Below are positions 9,514-22,328 of a DNA stretch of 64,000 nt, in pieces; positions within the stretch are counted from its first letter, which is position 1; each line of letters starts with the position of its first letter. The DNA is from Octopus vulgaris (Eukaryota). The stretch spans positions 70,556,001 through 70,620,000 of the forward strand of contig OX597822.1 of NCBI GenBank assembly GCA_951406725.2, read 5' to 3'. The position numbers and the translations under genes are program-made. The notes beneath the pieces are model-generated. The model searched no databases and was not told the origin of the DNA. It saw only the letters and a list, made by a program, of their open reading frames with translations.

Positions 9514-11490
9514 AACACACACAAAATTCAAATATGTTATCAGTATCTTTAAAAACATAATGATAAAGTGGCCAACAAACATAACCAAAATAGGCAAAAT
9601 GTATATTATTGAAAGTCAGAATACAATATGCACCTGTTTGCTAGAAAGAAGAGTTAAACACTCAAAGCCAGGCATATCTCACTACATGTGAAGACACATG
9701 GAGAATGTAGCACAAATTCTAAAAAACAGTCCTTCCTGTTTGTAAAACTACAAAGAAAAGAATAGACATTGCAGTATCAATTGATTTCACTTTCTGTGCC
9801 AAACTGACACTTAAAGATCATCAGCTAAGCTTACGGCATAAACTATTTTAAAAATATATTTTCATAGTGCAGCTGGTCTTCTTAACCTTTGGATCAAAGC
9901 CCTTCATATATGTATATATATATGTGAGTGTATGTGTATGTGGAGTGTTCTTAATTCTATAAAAACAGCAAATATTTACTGAAAGAAGGATACCACACAA
10001 AGGTAGAGCCATAGAGCCGACTGAGCACTATATACATTAAGCTTGTTGTTATTTATTTATAAGAATATTGACAGTTACTTTGGAGTTTCTCCAAGGTTGT
10101 TTTACCAAAGTGTCAGTTTGATTAAAGTTTTTGTGCAAAGGGAGAAACATAGACCAGAATAAGTTGGTTGGCTGTAGAGGGGTGAAAACTCAAACATTTT
10201 GCACACTATTCCATCTTTGGAAAGAAAGAATATAGAAATGATACTTTGGTCACAGGAAAATAAATTTTTTGACTGGTGGATTAATTCACTTGTTCTTTGG
10301 AAAGGAAGTCGTCAATTCCACACTTGCAGGATATTCATCTTTCTGCAACCATGGTATTAGCCTCTATATTTTTCCCACCTCTGAAGATAGACTAGTATAC
10401 AAAATAATGGGTTTTTCATCCCTCCCGACAAATCAACTCTTATTTATTTATTTATTTATAATTTTTGTTTTGTTTGTTTTTCCTCTCTGTGAACTCTTAT
10501 GATTGAATATTTGCTGAAGCTGACCACCACCAGTTACTTTGGATTCTGGATCATAATGCTGTCAGTTTGATAAGAAGCCCCACCTCATTGGAACTGACAG
10601 TTTGATAAGCTACCTCAGTGAAAATTGAAGCAAATGTCAACTTAGTAATTTATACTGGAATGTCTGTGTATACAGATAGATACATTACGTATGTTTGTAT
10701 GTATGTATGTGTCTTAAAGTGAATGTCTAGGTGATACTTTGCAGCAGTGATTATACAGAAGTCAAAACTTAAAATATGGCTTTCAATGTTTAGAATTTGT
10801 TGGAATGCTTTCTTCCCCTATTTTGCTTTTCTTTTTTTGAAAATGCTTAACATATGTGATTCTATGAAGTCATTTGACAGACTTGGTCTACCTACAATAT
10901 TTTGATCATCTATTTTAGCATAAACATCAGGAATGATAAAAGCTGTGTTTAAATAAAATATAAGAAGCTGTGCCACTGAATTTCTTAAAGTAGACTTTGC
11001 TGCAAGCTTCTGTTAAAATTTATTGTTCAAGAACCAGGTGGAAAATGATGAACATTGTCCATAATTTGTCTAAGTTTGGTTCAATATTCTAAATAACACT
11101 GGAAAAGAAACCCTCAATCCAGAGTGCTTTCTGTTTGAAGAATATATAATTAGGTTTAGTTCACCATATTTAAGATAGTGAGCAGAAAATAATTTTTAAT
11201 CAGTTGAAATTATAACCACAATGAGATGTCATTAGCATTAATGGGAAATTAATCTTAGAAGAGACAAAGGAGAGAGCTGCTTGAATTTCAGTTGATGAGG
11301 AAGCATGCAAGGCTGTTGGTATAACATTTAGCAGTGATGGAAACTATCTAGAATTTGTCAGCACGAATGCTTAATATTTTATATATAATACTTCTCAGTT
11401 TACAGGCAGTAACTCCTTTTTTGGAGACACAGTAAAAGTTTTCAAGGACAACCAACCAGCTATTTTGTTATTTGGAGGACTCCAACACAC

Positions 11491-11685
11491 TTGATACCAA
11501 TCTTCCTGGAATTACCCATAATTCTATGATGGAAGTTTCTTGATTTTAAGTGATCATGCTAATTTAGGTTTTAAGCACCAGCTGAATAATGACAAAGTTA
11601 TTATACTAAATTCTTCCTTATTTTAAAAATTAATAGGATCAAGGGCAGTGTATTCCAACAGAAATATGGTGACAAAAAGATTGAT
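11491..11685. mobile_element. Degenerate copy of the TTAA/piggyBac-type MITE family 1
   Basis: Collinear with 12319-12529 (TTGATACCAA...AAGTTATTATACTAAATT...AAAATTAAT...GCAGTGTATT...AAATATGGTGACAAAAAG); termini eroded. Confidence 0.5.
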
Positions 11686-11939
11686 TTACCTAGGTTATTG
11701 TGCTATGAGTTTTACTGGGAGATGTCAAAAATCAATGTCTTCATATATTTATGGGATTAATTTAGAGGTAGAAGTGAAGTCGTTCATTCATCTAGCTAGA
11801 GTTATTATCAATCAACTAGGTTTCGTCTAAATTATATTTTCCGTGGTGATTGTCAGCATTTGGGGGCATCAGCTCTAGAGGGTAACCCAAATTTTCCTCT
11901 TCTGATGATGAGTTCACCTTGTGCTCTGCTGAGTCTGAA

Positions 11940-12318
11940 GGAAGCAGCAGTGCCCATGACCTTAGGCCCTCTAAGACTGGTGGACTTCATGTAATTACTG
12001 TTCTAGTTGTACTACTAGTCAACACCTGCAGTGAAAATATGAACAGGGGTTCCGGAGATCCAATATTCTGGGGAGGAAGGACTAGGCTAGTGGTTAGTGT
12101 AGGGCTGAGAGGGTGGGAGTGAACATAGTGAGGGTCAGGTACAGCTGGAGAGAGAAGTTGGTCAGCTGTGTATTGCGTAGTGATAGTATGAAACCAGCCA
12201 GCTCTGAGAAGCAGGGGCCTTTGCAGTAGCGACAGGAAAGACAGATGAGAGCATGCCTGTCAGTTAGAGACTGAAGCATGTCTGTTGGTGGTCGAATGTC
12301 AGCTCGTAGTCTACTGCT
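11940..12318 (-). pseudogene. Decayed CR1/L2-superfamily LINE ORF2 C-terminus and 3' end
   Basis: Minus-strand translation LQSLTDRHALICLSCRYCKGPCFSELAGFI, and after a frameshift SFLPRILDLRNP, resembles the LqpL.hRR..ssLclFYRYyxG.CSSEL...SFfPRt..LWN.LP tail of CR1/L2-type RTs (motif recalled, not searched). Confidence 0.65.
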
Positions 12319-12529
12319 TTAACCCTTTTGATATCAATCCGGCTGAAACCGGTTCTGGCTCTGTAGTACAAATGTCATGTTTCCATAAGTTTTTAATTAA
12401 AATCATCTATTGAACCTTAATCACAGTTTAATGGTAACTAAGTTATTTTACTAAATTGTTTGTTATATTTAAAATTAATTGAAAGAAACGCAGAGCATCT
12501 CAAAATAAATACCGTAATGAAAAGGTTAA
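12319..12529. mobile_element. TTAA-flanked piggyBac-type MITE (family 1)
   Basis: TTAA-CCCTTTTGATAT...GTAATGAAAAGG-TTAA: TTAA at both ends and short imperfect TIRs starting CCCTT. Confidence 0.75.
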
Positions 12530-12735
12530 GCTTGACTGTTTATGATTCAAGAAATATATGTTAATGGAATGCATCAGGTCTATTATTACTTTGTCAGGAA
12601 GTCTTGAATCAATTCTAGACATTGAAATGAATGAAGAAAATATGAAATGATGTGTCCTGCTCCTGCCCAGGAATACTTGCTGTGGTTTTGAACATCTAAT
12701 GTAGTTTTCTTACATTATCCTCTTCATTATTTTAC

Positions 12736-12848
12736 TTCATCCTTTCGGGATCGATAAATTAAGTACCAGTAAAACACTGGGGTCAATGTAATTGACTAGT
12801 CCCCTCCCCAAAAATTTCAGACCTTGTGCTTTTAGTAGAGAGGATTAT
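12736..12848 (+). mobile_element. SINE family B, 3' half
   Basis: CTTCATCCTTTCGGGATCGATAAATTAAGTACCAG...CCTCCCCAAAAATTTCAGACCTTGTGCTTTTAGTAGAGAGG. Confidence 0.85.
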
Positions 12849-12898
12849 TTTACTTCGACCCATTGATGCCTGTCTGAAAATATTGTTTGTCTGTGCCT

Positions 12899-13258
12899 TA
12901 GACTGTGGCCATACTGGGGCACCACCTCGAAGACTATTTAGTTGAATGAATCAACTCCACTAACTTTTGTTTTTTTTAATATCTGGTACTTATGTTATTG
13001 GTCTCTGTTGCTGAACTGCTAAGTTGCAGGGATGTAAACACATCAACACAGGTTATCAAGTAGTGGCGGAGAGACACACGCACGCACACACACACGACAG
13101 GCTTCTTTTAGTTTTCATCCACCAAATCCGCTCACAAGGATTTTGTCGGCCTGAAGCTCTAGTGTGGCACCCTTACCCAAGGTTTCCACACAGTGGGCCT
13201 AACCCTGGAAGCATAAACTTGGGAAGCAAGCTTCTTACCACACAGCCACACCTGTGCC
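12899..13258 (-). mobile_element. SINE family A
   Basis: Collinear with the family A consensus. Confidence 0.85.
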
Positions 13259-14696
13259 TCTGTGTGTATTATTATGCTCTCACAACATACTCTCCTCATA
13301 ATATTAACTTAGAATATGCATTCCTGTGGAATGGCCAGCCACTTCCATGTTAATTCAAAAGCAGTTATTCACTTGATCAAGCAACTGAAAATCTTCATTG
13401 TACACCATATCTGTGAATTCAATTCACTGGAGCGGAACAATAACAAAAGTCAGTTACTTTTGATAGTAGCCAAACTTTGGTCTGTAATTCCACTGCTTTA
13501 AGCTCTTATCCATATTGCTTATGTGTTATCATGAAGGTTTGTATTATACTTTGTGGCTACTTTCTTTTGAGGATACCCTGTTATTTTTCAATAGTTTGGA
13601 GAGCTTTTGTAATGGTGTAGGCAAACTTATAAAACCCATAATAACACAGGGAGCTAATTATAATATATGAACTGAGTAGTTTTCATATATTTATTTTATT
13701 GCTACAACAGTTAAATTTTGCCTTCAGAAGTTATGTGAGAAAGTTTGTGTGTGCGTGCGTGTGTGTGTTTGAGAGAGAGAGAGAGGAAGAGAGATCATAA
13801 CTCAGGTTTCTTTTATTAATATTATTTAAAAAGAATTCTTGAATATCTTTTATTAATATGATTTTTAAAAGATGTTATATTTCTTAAGCAAGTGAATTCT
13901 GAATGAAAACAATTTACCTTTATTAAAATTCAACAACTCTATGGAGGAGGAGGAGGAGGAAGAGAGAAACAACAAAAACAAACAACAAAATAGAAAATTC
14001 TATTTTGAAAGCAAATGAATATATTTTCATGAAATCTGGTGTAGAAACAGTGGTTGGTGTTGATGTTGAAGCAATGCAATGAAGATGAAGTGAAATAATT
14101 TTATCAGTAAAACTTTGCCTCTTTTAATTGAACTTCAGTCCAAAGCTGTATAATTTTTTTTCTCCATAAATAATTGAAATGCAGTAAATTGTTTTAAATT
14201 TATGCTCAATTTTTATCTTTTTTTTTTGTGTATTTCAATATTAATTTTTTTTTGTTTTTGCTTCTTTATTTAAAAATACCTCTTTCTAATGAATAATAAA
14301 TAAATAGATAACCTCTTTTAGTTTTGAGAGAATTGAGTAAATAGCTGTGGAATTTCATGTGAAGAAGCTAAATTTGAATCAGTGTTCGTTCGAGAGTCTT
14401 AAAAATATTCTTTCATGGGAGAAAAAGTAAAATAAAAAAGAAAGTGAAAAAAATGAAGCACTTGTTAAGTACAATTGATGCTCTGCTCAAGGATGTAACG
14501 GTCAGCGACTACTTGACACTGCTTTTCAGTTCTAAGAGCTTTTGTAGTTTAATTATTGGTCTACAAAATAATTCTGGGAGCCAAATATGTCCTTGGCTGG
14601 TTTGTTTCAAACCAACTTTCAATAATTCTTCATTGTTTGTTTAACCCTTTAACCAGCCTGTCTGAGACCATTCCAAGTTATGTAATATAAACTTCA

Positions 14697-15105
14697 TTTA
14701 CTCTTTTACTCTTTCACTTGTTTCAGTCATTTGACTGTGGCCATGCTGGAGCACCACCTTTAGTCGAGCAAATCTTATTCTTTGTAAGCCTAGTACTTAT
14801 TCTATCGGATTCTATTGCCGAACCGCTAAGTTACGGGGACGTAAACACACCAGCATCGGTTGTCAAGTGATGTTGGGAGGAAAACACAGACACACAAACA
14901 TATGCACACACACACACACACTCACACACACACACATATATATGATGGGCTTCTTTCAGTTTCCGTCTACCAAATCCACTCACAAGGCTTTGGTCGGCTT
15001 GAGGCTATAGTAGAAGACACTTGCCCAAGGTGTCATGCAGTGGGACTGAACCCTGAACCATGTGGTTCATAAGCAAGCTACTTACCACACAGCCACTCCT
15101 ATGCT
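14697..15105 (-). mobile_element. SINE family A, full length
   Basis: High identity to 50634-51084, with a (TTTTACTC)n-like tail. Confidence 0.92.
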
Positions 15106-15110
15106 TATGT

Positions 15111-15338
15111 TTAACTCTTTAGCATTCAAATTACTCTATCAAGTGTAATGCTCATTTATTCAAATTGGTTTGAATTAATCATGTAATAACTCATAGCTTC
15201 AAGATTTCAATTATGTAATTGCTTATTTTTAGAATGACATTGTAGGATAGGTGTGAGAGACTGGATCTGGATGGTCTAAACATAGAACAGCTTGAATATA
15301 TGGGCCTGTTATGACCAGTTTAGATGCTAAAGGGTTAA
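15111..15338. mobile_element. TTAA-flanked piggyBac-type MITE (family 2)
   Basis: TTAA-CTCTTTAGCATTCAAA...TTTAGATGCTAAAGGG-TTAA: ~16-bp imperfect TIRs and TTAA duplication. Confidence 0.8.
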
Positions 15339-15869
15339 AATGATCTAAATTAAAACTTTACACCAAAACTCTGTTAACTTATGTTCCAAACACCTGCTTA
15401 ACAACGCCAAATTTATTTTAATTAATTATTATTTTCAAAACCAATTGTAGCAAAAGCAGTGTATTTTAGCAGAGATATGATAACTAATGGGTTAAGGGAT
15501 GTTGTTTCAAAAGTTTTAGCATTGGTTAGATTTCTTTTTACAAAGTTGGATATTTACATTTGTTTGAACAAATATTATTAGACATTGATACCTTGAAAGT
15601 GCAAAATTTAAAAACGATACAAGGCTAAACATTCCTACAGTAGCTACAAGTTTTTATTTTCTTTACTGGCCCGATGTGGAGAAAGGAGCTATGCCCTTGC
15701 CTTTCCAGGTCCTCCAGTTTGTGTAATTGTTGCAGCCCCCCCCCCCCACTCCACTATGATGCATACATATGTATGATAGGCTTCTTTCAGTTTCTACCTA
15801 CCATATCCACTCAGTAGACAAATACCTAAAGTGTTATGCAGTGAAACTTGACTATAACACAGGGTGTGT

Positions 15870-16280
15870 ATAAATGTATGTATGTATATATGCATGTACA
15901 TATATATATGTCTGTATATATGTGTGTATATATGTATATATGTGTGTGTGTGTGCATATATATGTATGTGTATATATGTGTGTATATATATATGTATGTA
16001 TATATATATATATATATGTGTGTGTATGTGTTTATATATGTGAATATATATGTATGTATATATGTGTGTGTATATATGTGTGTGTATATATGTATGTGTA
16101 TATATGTATATTTATATGTGTATGTATGTATATGTGTATATATGTATGTATATATGTATGTGTATATATATATATATGTATGTGTATATATATATATATG
16201 TATGTATATATGTGTATATATGTATGTGTATATATATATATATATGTATGTATATATGTGTGTATATGTGTATATATATA

Positions 16281-16319
<39 letters not shown>

Positions 16320-16320
16320 C
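15870..16320. repeat. ~450-bp compound (TA)/(TG) microsatellite
   Basis: Nearly pure TA/TG dinucleotides; source of four spurious ORFs in the track. Confidence 0.95.
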
Positions 16321-16424
16321 ATCATCGTTTATATATATATCGGTTGGTACTTCAGAAGACCGAAAAGAAGCACACTCTAAAAAGTTTAGAGCAGTAATAA
16401 TTAATTGATTAATTAAGATATCAA

Positions 16425-16787
16425 GTTAACAGAATTGGTAGCATGCTGGGTGAAATGCTCAGCAGGATTTCATCCAACTTCATGCTCTGAGTTCAATGCC
16501 ATATCGCGGTTCACCTATCATGGTTTATTATTTAAGCTTACGTTAATTCCTCCGTGGTGTTGTTTTACATTTATAATGAAATAAATATATACAAATTATA
16601 AAGATAATTAAAAAATAATGTTTCTACTTCATGGATTTCACCTATTGTGGCGGGGAGGACGGGTGGAACATATCACCTGCGATAGTTGAGGGATTACTGT
16701 GATAAGTACCAGTTGCGCACTGGGCTTAATGTAACTGGCTTACCACTCCTAAATTGAAGGCCTTGTGCCAAAATTTGAAATCAATAA
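16425..16787 (+). mobile_element. SINE family B whose middle is replaced by a MITE fragment
   Basis: Head 16425-16496 (TAGCATGCTGGGTGAAATGCTCAGC...CTGAGTTCAA) and tail 16701-16787 (ATAAGTACCAGTTGCGCACTGGG...GGCCTTGTGCCAAAATTTGAAATC). Confidence 0.7.
16497..16700. mobile_element. pogo/Tigger-type (Tc1/mariner) MITE fragment
   Basis: The right end GCGATAGTTGAGGGATTACTGT reads CAGTAATCCCTC..CTATCGC on the minus strand, a Tigger-like terminus. The left end keeps only the inner TIR part (ATATCGCGGTTC). Confidence 0.55.
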
Positions 16788-19700
16788 ATTACACACACAC
16801 ATACACACAGATTGGGTACAAAAAGACAGATTAATAGATGAGGTAATCCAGTTAGTTTTCCTAAACAATTCTTTGCTTTTTAACTCATTCGTACTATTGT
16901 TAAAGAAGCTTGATAAAAGTGGTAAAATTTTCATCATCAAGTTCAGAAGCTGCTGAGCAGTGTTAATATCTATTTGGTCAGTTTCTCAGCATGTTGATTT
17001 CACTGGTATTTTTGTGGGGGATTCAGTTACACAAACGCAAATAAAAAAATTGTCAACCTTACCTCAAAGATACATGTTGCTTTTATGCATCCCTGGTTTT
17101 TTTTTTCAAATGTTTATTTGAAGATATATTTTACTTACTCTGTAGTTACTCGTATTGATCAGCGATAACCCCAATCTTATTTTTTAACTGAACACTGATA
17201 TATTTTGTGCAGATATTTTCTTTATTGGTCTGCAGGATTTTTGCAAATGGTTACCCAATTACAAAATAAAACCGTAATCTGGTTTTACATTAGCAACTTG
17301 GTAGCAACTAGTATACTGTTAGTAATGGTTTAGGACAAAAACAAAAAAAAAAAGGATAAAGTAATAAAATAACTATATATAAAAGTGCATTGCTAGAATA
17401 TTGATAAATAGTTCAAGTTAGGAAAGCAGCTGTATAATTTATAGATTGGGTAGACATCTAGCTCTGCTTTAGTTTATTTACTACTGCCAGTTGACTGCTT
17501 ATTTGCCAACTGCATTTATTTGCACAGTATTTTAGGAATTATAAAGCCCTGGTCCACTTTTGTGTGTTTGTGTGTGTGTGTGCAGAAGGTCTGCTGTAGA
17601 ATATATTTTAATTGGACACTTGATTCTGTTATTGTTAATCTAGGGAAGATAAATTGTGTTTGCTGCCCCTCCCATTCATTGCGCTGGAAATAAAGCCATG
17701 GCATTGATGTTGCTGAAATCTTGAGCCGTTGCCATCCTGAAGTGAATCTCCAAAATCAACATTGCTACACCAGTTTTTATTTCTCTACCCAACCCTGTTT
17801 TTCGTATCCCATGGAATGCACTCAAGGAGCTACTTAATGCAGAATTATCTGCCAATTGGCACTGAATCATTTGCTACTTTTATTTTTCAACTATTGATCA
17901 TACTTTAGTCCCATGGATTTTGTTTGACACCACTGTCCATTATTGTGCATCTTTACTGCCACCCCCTTGCTGGTTCTGCAACCAATTTGGTCATTTCGGG
18001 CTGGGCTATCTTGTTTCCGTGTCTGCCTCTTTATTTCTCTACTCACTCTATTCCTCTATCTGTTCTTTCCTCCTCTTTAAAGAATGACAATTGATTGTAT
18101 AAACAATTCAGGGTTTGAACAAATGATTAAATACAAAAATACTTACCTCCAAGTCGACAGTGGTTTGGAGTAAATGGATTAATATGCAAAGAAAGGAGAT
18201 TAAACAGGATTTTTCATTCAGAAAGATAAAAAGAAAACGCTCTAAGAATCTGACTGTATGTTGGTTGGTAGAAGTGCTGTACATCTTTGTCATACTGGTG
18301 TTATTGATTTCACACTCCCACCTTACTACCATTCTTCACCACTCCTGTCTCTGTTTCTCTTAAAACCAATATAAATTTCATATGGGCTTTCAATCAAATT
18401 CTTAGTTATCTCTTTTCACCAATATTTTCATGACTGTACTAGTTTCCTACTTTGTAGTAGTTTTTGATTTAATACTATTTTAGCTCTCTGGATAATATTT
18501 CAAGATCTTTCAGCTTTAGATATTAATTAAAATCAATTTAAAAATAAATCTTTTTTTTGAAGAGAACATTGCCACTTCTGAAGTTACTTAGATTTATTTC
18601 ATTCCTCACTTTTGGAAGAGTGTAATAATTCAGTTTAATATTGGTGTGGAGAATATAATTGTCTACTGGTGACTGATTTTCGTATGTGACACTGCCAACA
18701 TAGATTCTTTTCAATTGATCCCTTTGACAAACCGGCTATCATTTAAACTATTTTATGATGTAAAGAAACTGCATTCTCTCATATAGAAATCTGTCTTCTT
18801 GTGTATGGGGGTTACTTTTCGGCTATCTGCAGCAACATCATCAACTTTTTCCGGCATCCTCCCCTCTCCTTTCATTTTTCCAGCTACTACTGTTGTTGTA
18901 TTATTGGCAATACTTTTCACTTTTACAAGCCCCTTACCTCTTTCTCTCCTTCTGACTGACTGACTGACTGCCTGACTGGCTGGCTGGTTCTTCCAGCAAC
19001 AATTTGGGATTCTTACACATACTTCTGCAGTATTGCTTGTATGGTGGGGGCTGCTAGCTACTGGTGGTCTATGCACATTGATTCATCATGGAAATTACAA
19101 TACAGACTCCACTGTTGTCAATGGCATTCTCCTATGTAGCAGCAGCAGCAACAGCAACAGCAGACTGTAGCATCCCTTTCTTTCAATATCTTGCTTCCTT
19201 CCCCTACAACTGATCCCTTCTTCTTTGGGTTTTTTCAGTTGAAGTTTTGAGGCCTACTACAACACACATTTACTACAACAGACCTGTGAATGCATCATGA
19301 ACATTTTTACTCATTTGCTCCTTTATTCTTGGAATTATTTCACATAAAATAATGCGGAGCTTTCTATTTTTGAAGTGTTCCTTGTGTTTCCCTACAGATC
19401 TGCTCAAATGCAGGAACTACTAAAGCCTGGTTTTATGTGACGGCATTTACTAAGGATTCCTTTTCCCTGGCTCCATTTTCATAACACCACTGCCATCACT
19501 ACTACTAATATAATTGCTAGCATCCTTTATTGTGATCCTTACTAAAACTATAGATGGATTTGTACAAAGCCCTTTTGGAGTTCTCTGTAATGATACCAAA
19601 CTGATCACTTCCTGGTTCCATTATATTTTATTTTGTTTCTTTCTTCCTTTCTCCATTTCCTTTCCACAATACAATTTATTCAATTTTGGAATAGACTTCA

Positions 19701-21330
19701 GGGAATCTCAACTTGAAAGAAAGAAGAGGATAGAAAAAAAAAAGAAGAAAAGTATCAAAACCAGTCTTTGTGGATATACATACTTACATACACATACACA
19801 ATATATATATATATATTTATACATAAAAACATATACATGTGCATGTGTGCACACCCTCACACACTCACACACAGTACATTGCAATCTGCTGCCTTTCAGT
19901 TTCATTTTCTTTTAGTTTCAGCTCTGTTGCTGCAGATCAAGCCTTTGTATTTTTGGTATTGATCATACCACCACCACCACAACCACCATCACCACCACCC
20001 ACTACTATTCTACAAATATCAGCTGCCTTCTATTTTTATCCCAGTTTTCTGGTACAGCAAAGGTGCTTTTTAACCCTTGCACATTCATTTCATTAAGGAA
20101 ATTTATCACCGTGGTCCTTTTCCACTGGACATAATTTTAAAACCTGTTTCAAAACATCTCTGCTTCAACTCCCCTATAAATTTTATTAAAAGTGATTTCC
20201 ATTTTTGATGCAAATTAATGCTATATTTTTGCACTATTGGTGTGATTAGCACTGTAGTTTGACAATATTTAGTGCAAATATAGCATTTCTTTTGGCACTG
20301 GCTATCTTCCTCTGTAATCAAAACTGTTAGGATCTTCCAGAAATATTTTCATCACAAAAAGTTTTTTTTTTTTTAAAACCAGCATTAAAAAAGAAAGGAA
20401 AGAACACATTACTTTCTCTCTCTTTCCCTCATCTTTTCTATTTTCTCTTCTTTATCACTATAATAGCTGATAGCACCCAGACCAACACCTATATCTGTTT
20501 GTATTCACTATTGAAATTAAGTTTTGCATCTGCTAAAAAATATTGCCACCCACTGCTCATCTCCCCACATAACAAGGGTCTTTAGAGAAACAGCAGCTGG
20601 TGTTGACTGAAGGTTGGCCATTATAAGGAACCAGTCCTCATCCTTTCTGCCTTAGATGCTCCTCACCCAACTGTTTGCTGACACACCTTTTCAATATCAT
20701 TAAGATTGTGTGTGTATATATGTGAAAATAGATGTTTTGGTAGAGCTGTCAGCTGATAACAATAGCTACACTAAGTAATTGAGCAGTATCTCTTTTGGAT
20801 ATTGTTGTTGCTGTTATTGTTGTTATTTATTTTAGTCCTCTCTGGCTCCAATTAAGGGAGAGGAAGGCATCCTGCCAGAAATAATCATCTCCTGATGAAG
20901 AACATTCGAAGAACAAAAGAATCTAACTTCAAATATTAATCAGTTAAAAATGCTAACTTTATTGATTAACAGCTAAATAATTTAATACTAATCAGCTTGG
21001 TGTCACAACGTGCATAGACATTATGTGATTGTATATGTGGTTTTTGTTTGAATGAGTTTGGATGTGTAGGGGGTGTGCATGTGTGTGCGTGTGTGTTTAA
21101 TGTATACATGCATGCAAACTGAACCATTAAGATTATTAAAATATATGGTGTACAGCTTCTTTAAATAATAGTTCAGAGCCTACTGTTCACATTCTCTTTA
21201 TATATTCAAACGCACAAACATATCTATATTTGTATATGTGCGGCCTAATGCATTTGTTTGTATATGTATACAAATGCTTATATATATTGATTCATAACTG
21301 ACTTCAAACACACAAGAAAATGGAACTTCG

Positions 21331-21505
21331 ATGCAACACGAACGTCCTCCTTCTCAGAGCCAGCAGCCACAACCACCTGTGTTTTCCTTGTCGTCAAGGA
21401 AAACCAGTTCTAGTTGTTGGTTAGTAACCAATGGGATGTCTGTTTGGATATGCACCAGTCGGCACAAGCTTTATTTATTGGAAGTCCTCAAACCACACCT
21501 GTTAG
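21331..21505 (+). CDS. Weak candidate first coding exon (MQHERPPSQSQQPQPP...LEVLKPHLL)
   Basis: Non-repetitive ORF in the SINE-free zone ending at a plausible donor TAG|GTAACT (phase 1). No recognisable homology. Confidence 0.25.
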
Positions 21506-22292
21506 GTAACTGTTGATACACTAGCAGGAAGTCAGTGCTACTAACGTGGAGAACTCTTCTGTAGAATCGGAGTCAGTTGGAGTAGTACTGTACTTTTAAG
21601 TGTTTTCTATCTCTCTCTCTCTCCCCCTCCTCCATCTTTCTTTTCTTTTACTTCATACACACACCCTCTCTCTCTATTCCCCTTCTGTTAGTCTGTCTCT
21701 CTCTCTCTGTTTTTCCTTTTTCTCTCTTGTCACTTTTCTATGGTCTGCTTCACAACTACCACACACTTATGACCATCACTCAACTCTTCATCTCTTCTCA
21801 ACAAAACATTTATTAGTATAAATATATATATATATAAGGAAGTGACTAAAACAAACTCAAACACTTATGCAGATATACAAACACACATTATATGTATATA
21901 AGCAAGCAATCAAGTAAAAAGAGGGAGAAAAAAAAAATTGCTTCATTCATTTAACTTTTCTGTGTAAATATTTGTAATATAATAGTTTTATGGTGGGAAC
22001 TAAACAGAAAAGAAAGAAGCGAATAACACACACAACAACAACAACAACAACAACAGAAAAGAAAAACAAAGCATCATTATTCAACTGCACATTTTTAGTG
22101 AACGATTCTTAACTTCATTGATGTACAATTTCCTTTCACTTTCTGTTGAATTTTTCTTTCTATTCTCTTCTGCAAGTGTTTCTTAGCTCTGTACATAAAC
22201 GCTATCACTTTGCGCTGAAGTGAGCTTCCTATTATTACATCCCAGAAAACAATAGTGAAATACCGAATGTGATCATAAGCCCCTTCTCTGAA

Positions 22293-22328
<36 letters not shown>

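Larger units (their letters stand above)
14641..15495. mobile_element. TTAA-flanked MITE family 1, split by two nested insertions
   Basis: Left end TTAACCCTTT at 14641 and right end ATGGGTTAA at 15487-15495. The outer pieces (14641-14696 and 15339-15495) together are collinear with 12319-12529. Confidence 0.65.

Noticed and set aside
10560-10625. ~35-bp tandem duplication (CAGTTTGATAAG twice); similar one at 13808-13872
   Set aside because: Ordinary two-copy slippage duplications with no further structure.
11895-12122. Acidic Ser-rich + strand ORF (SSDDEFTLCSAESEGSS), initially suggestive of a piggyBac transposase N-terminus
   Set aside because: The minus strand gives a better match to a CR1/L2-type LINE C-terminus.
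15848-16408. Longest ORFs (186, 168 and 179 aa, etc.) rich in Y/I/C/V/M/H/T, also at 7040-7540, 23311-23879, 33615-34055 and 37230-37773
   Set aside because: They are translations of TA/TG/CA microsatellites, which lack stop codons in several frames.
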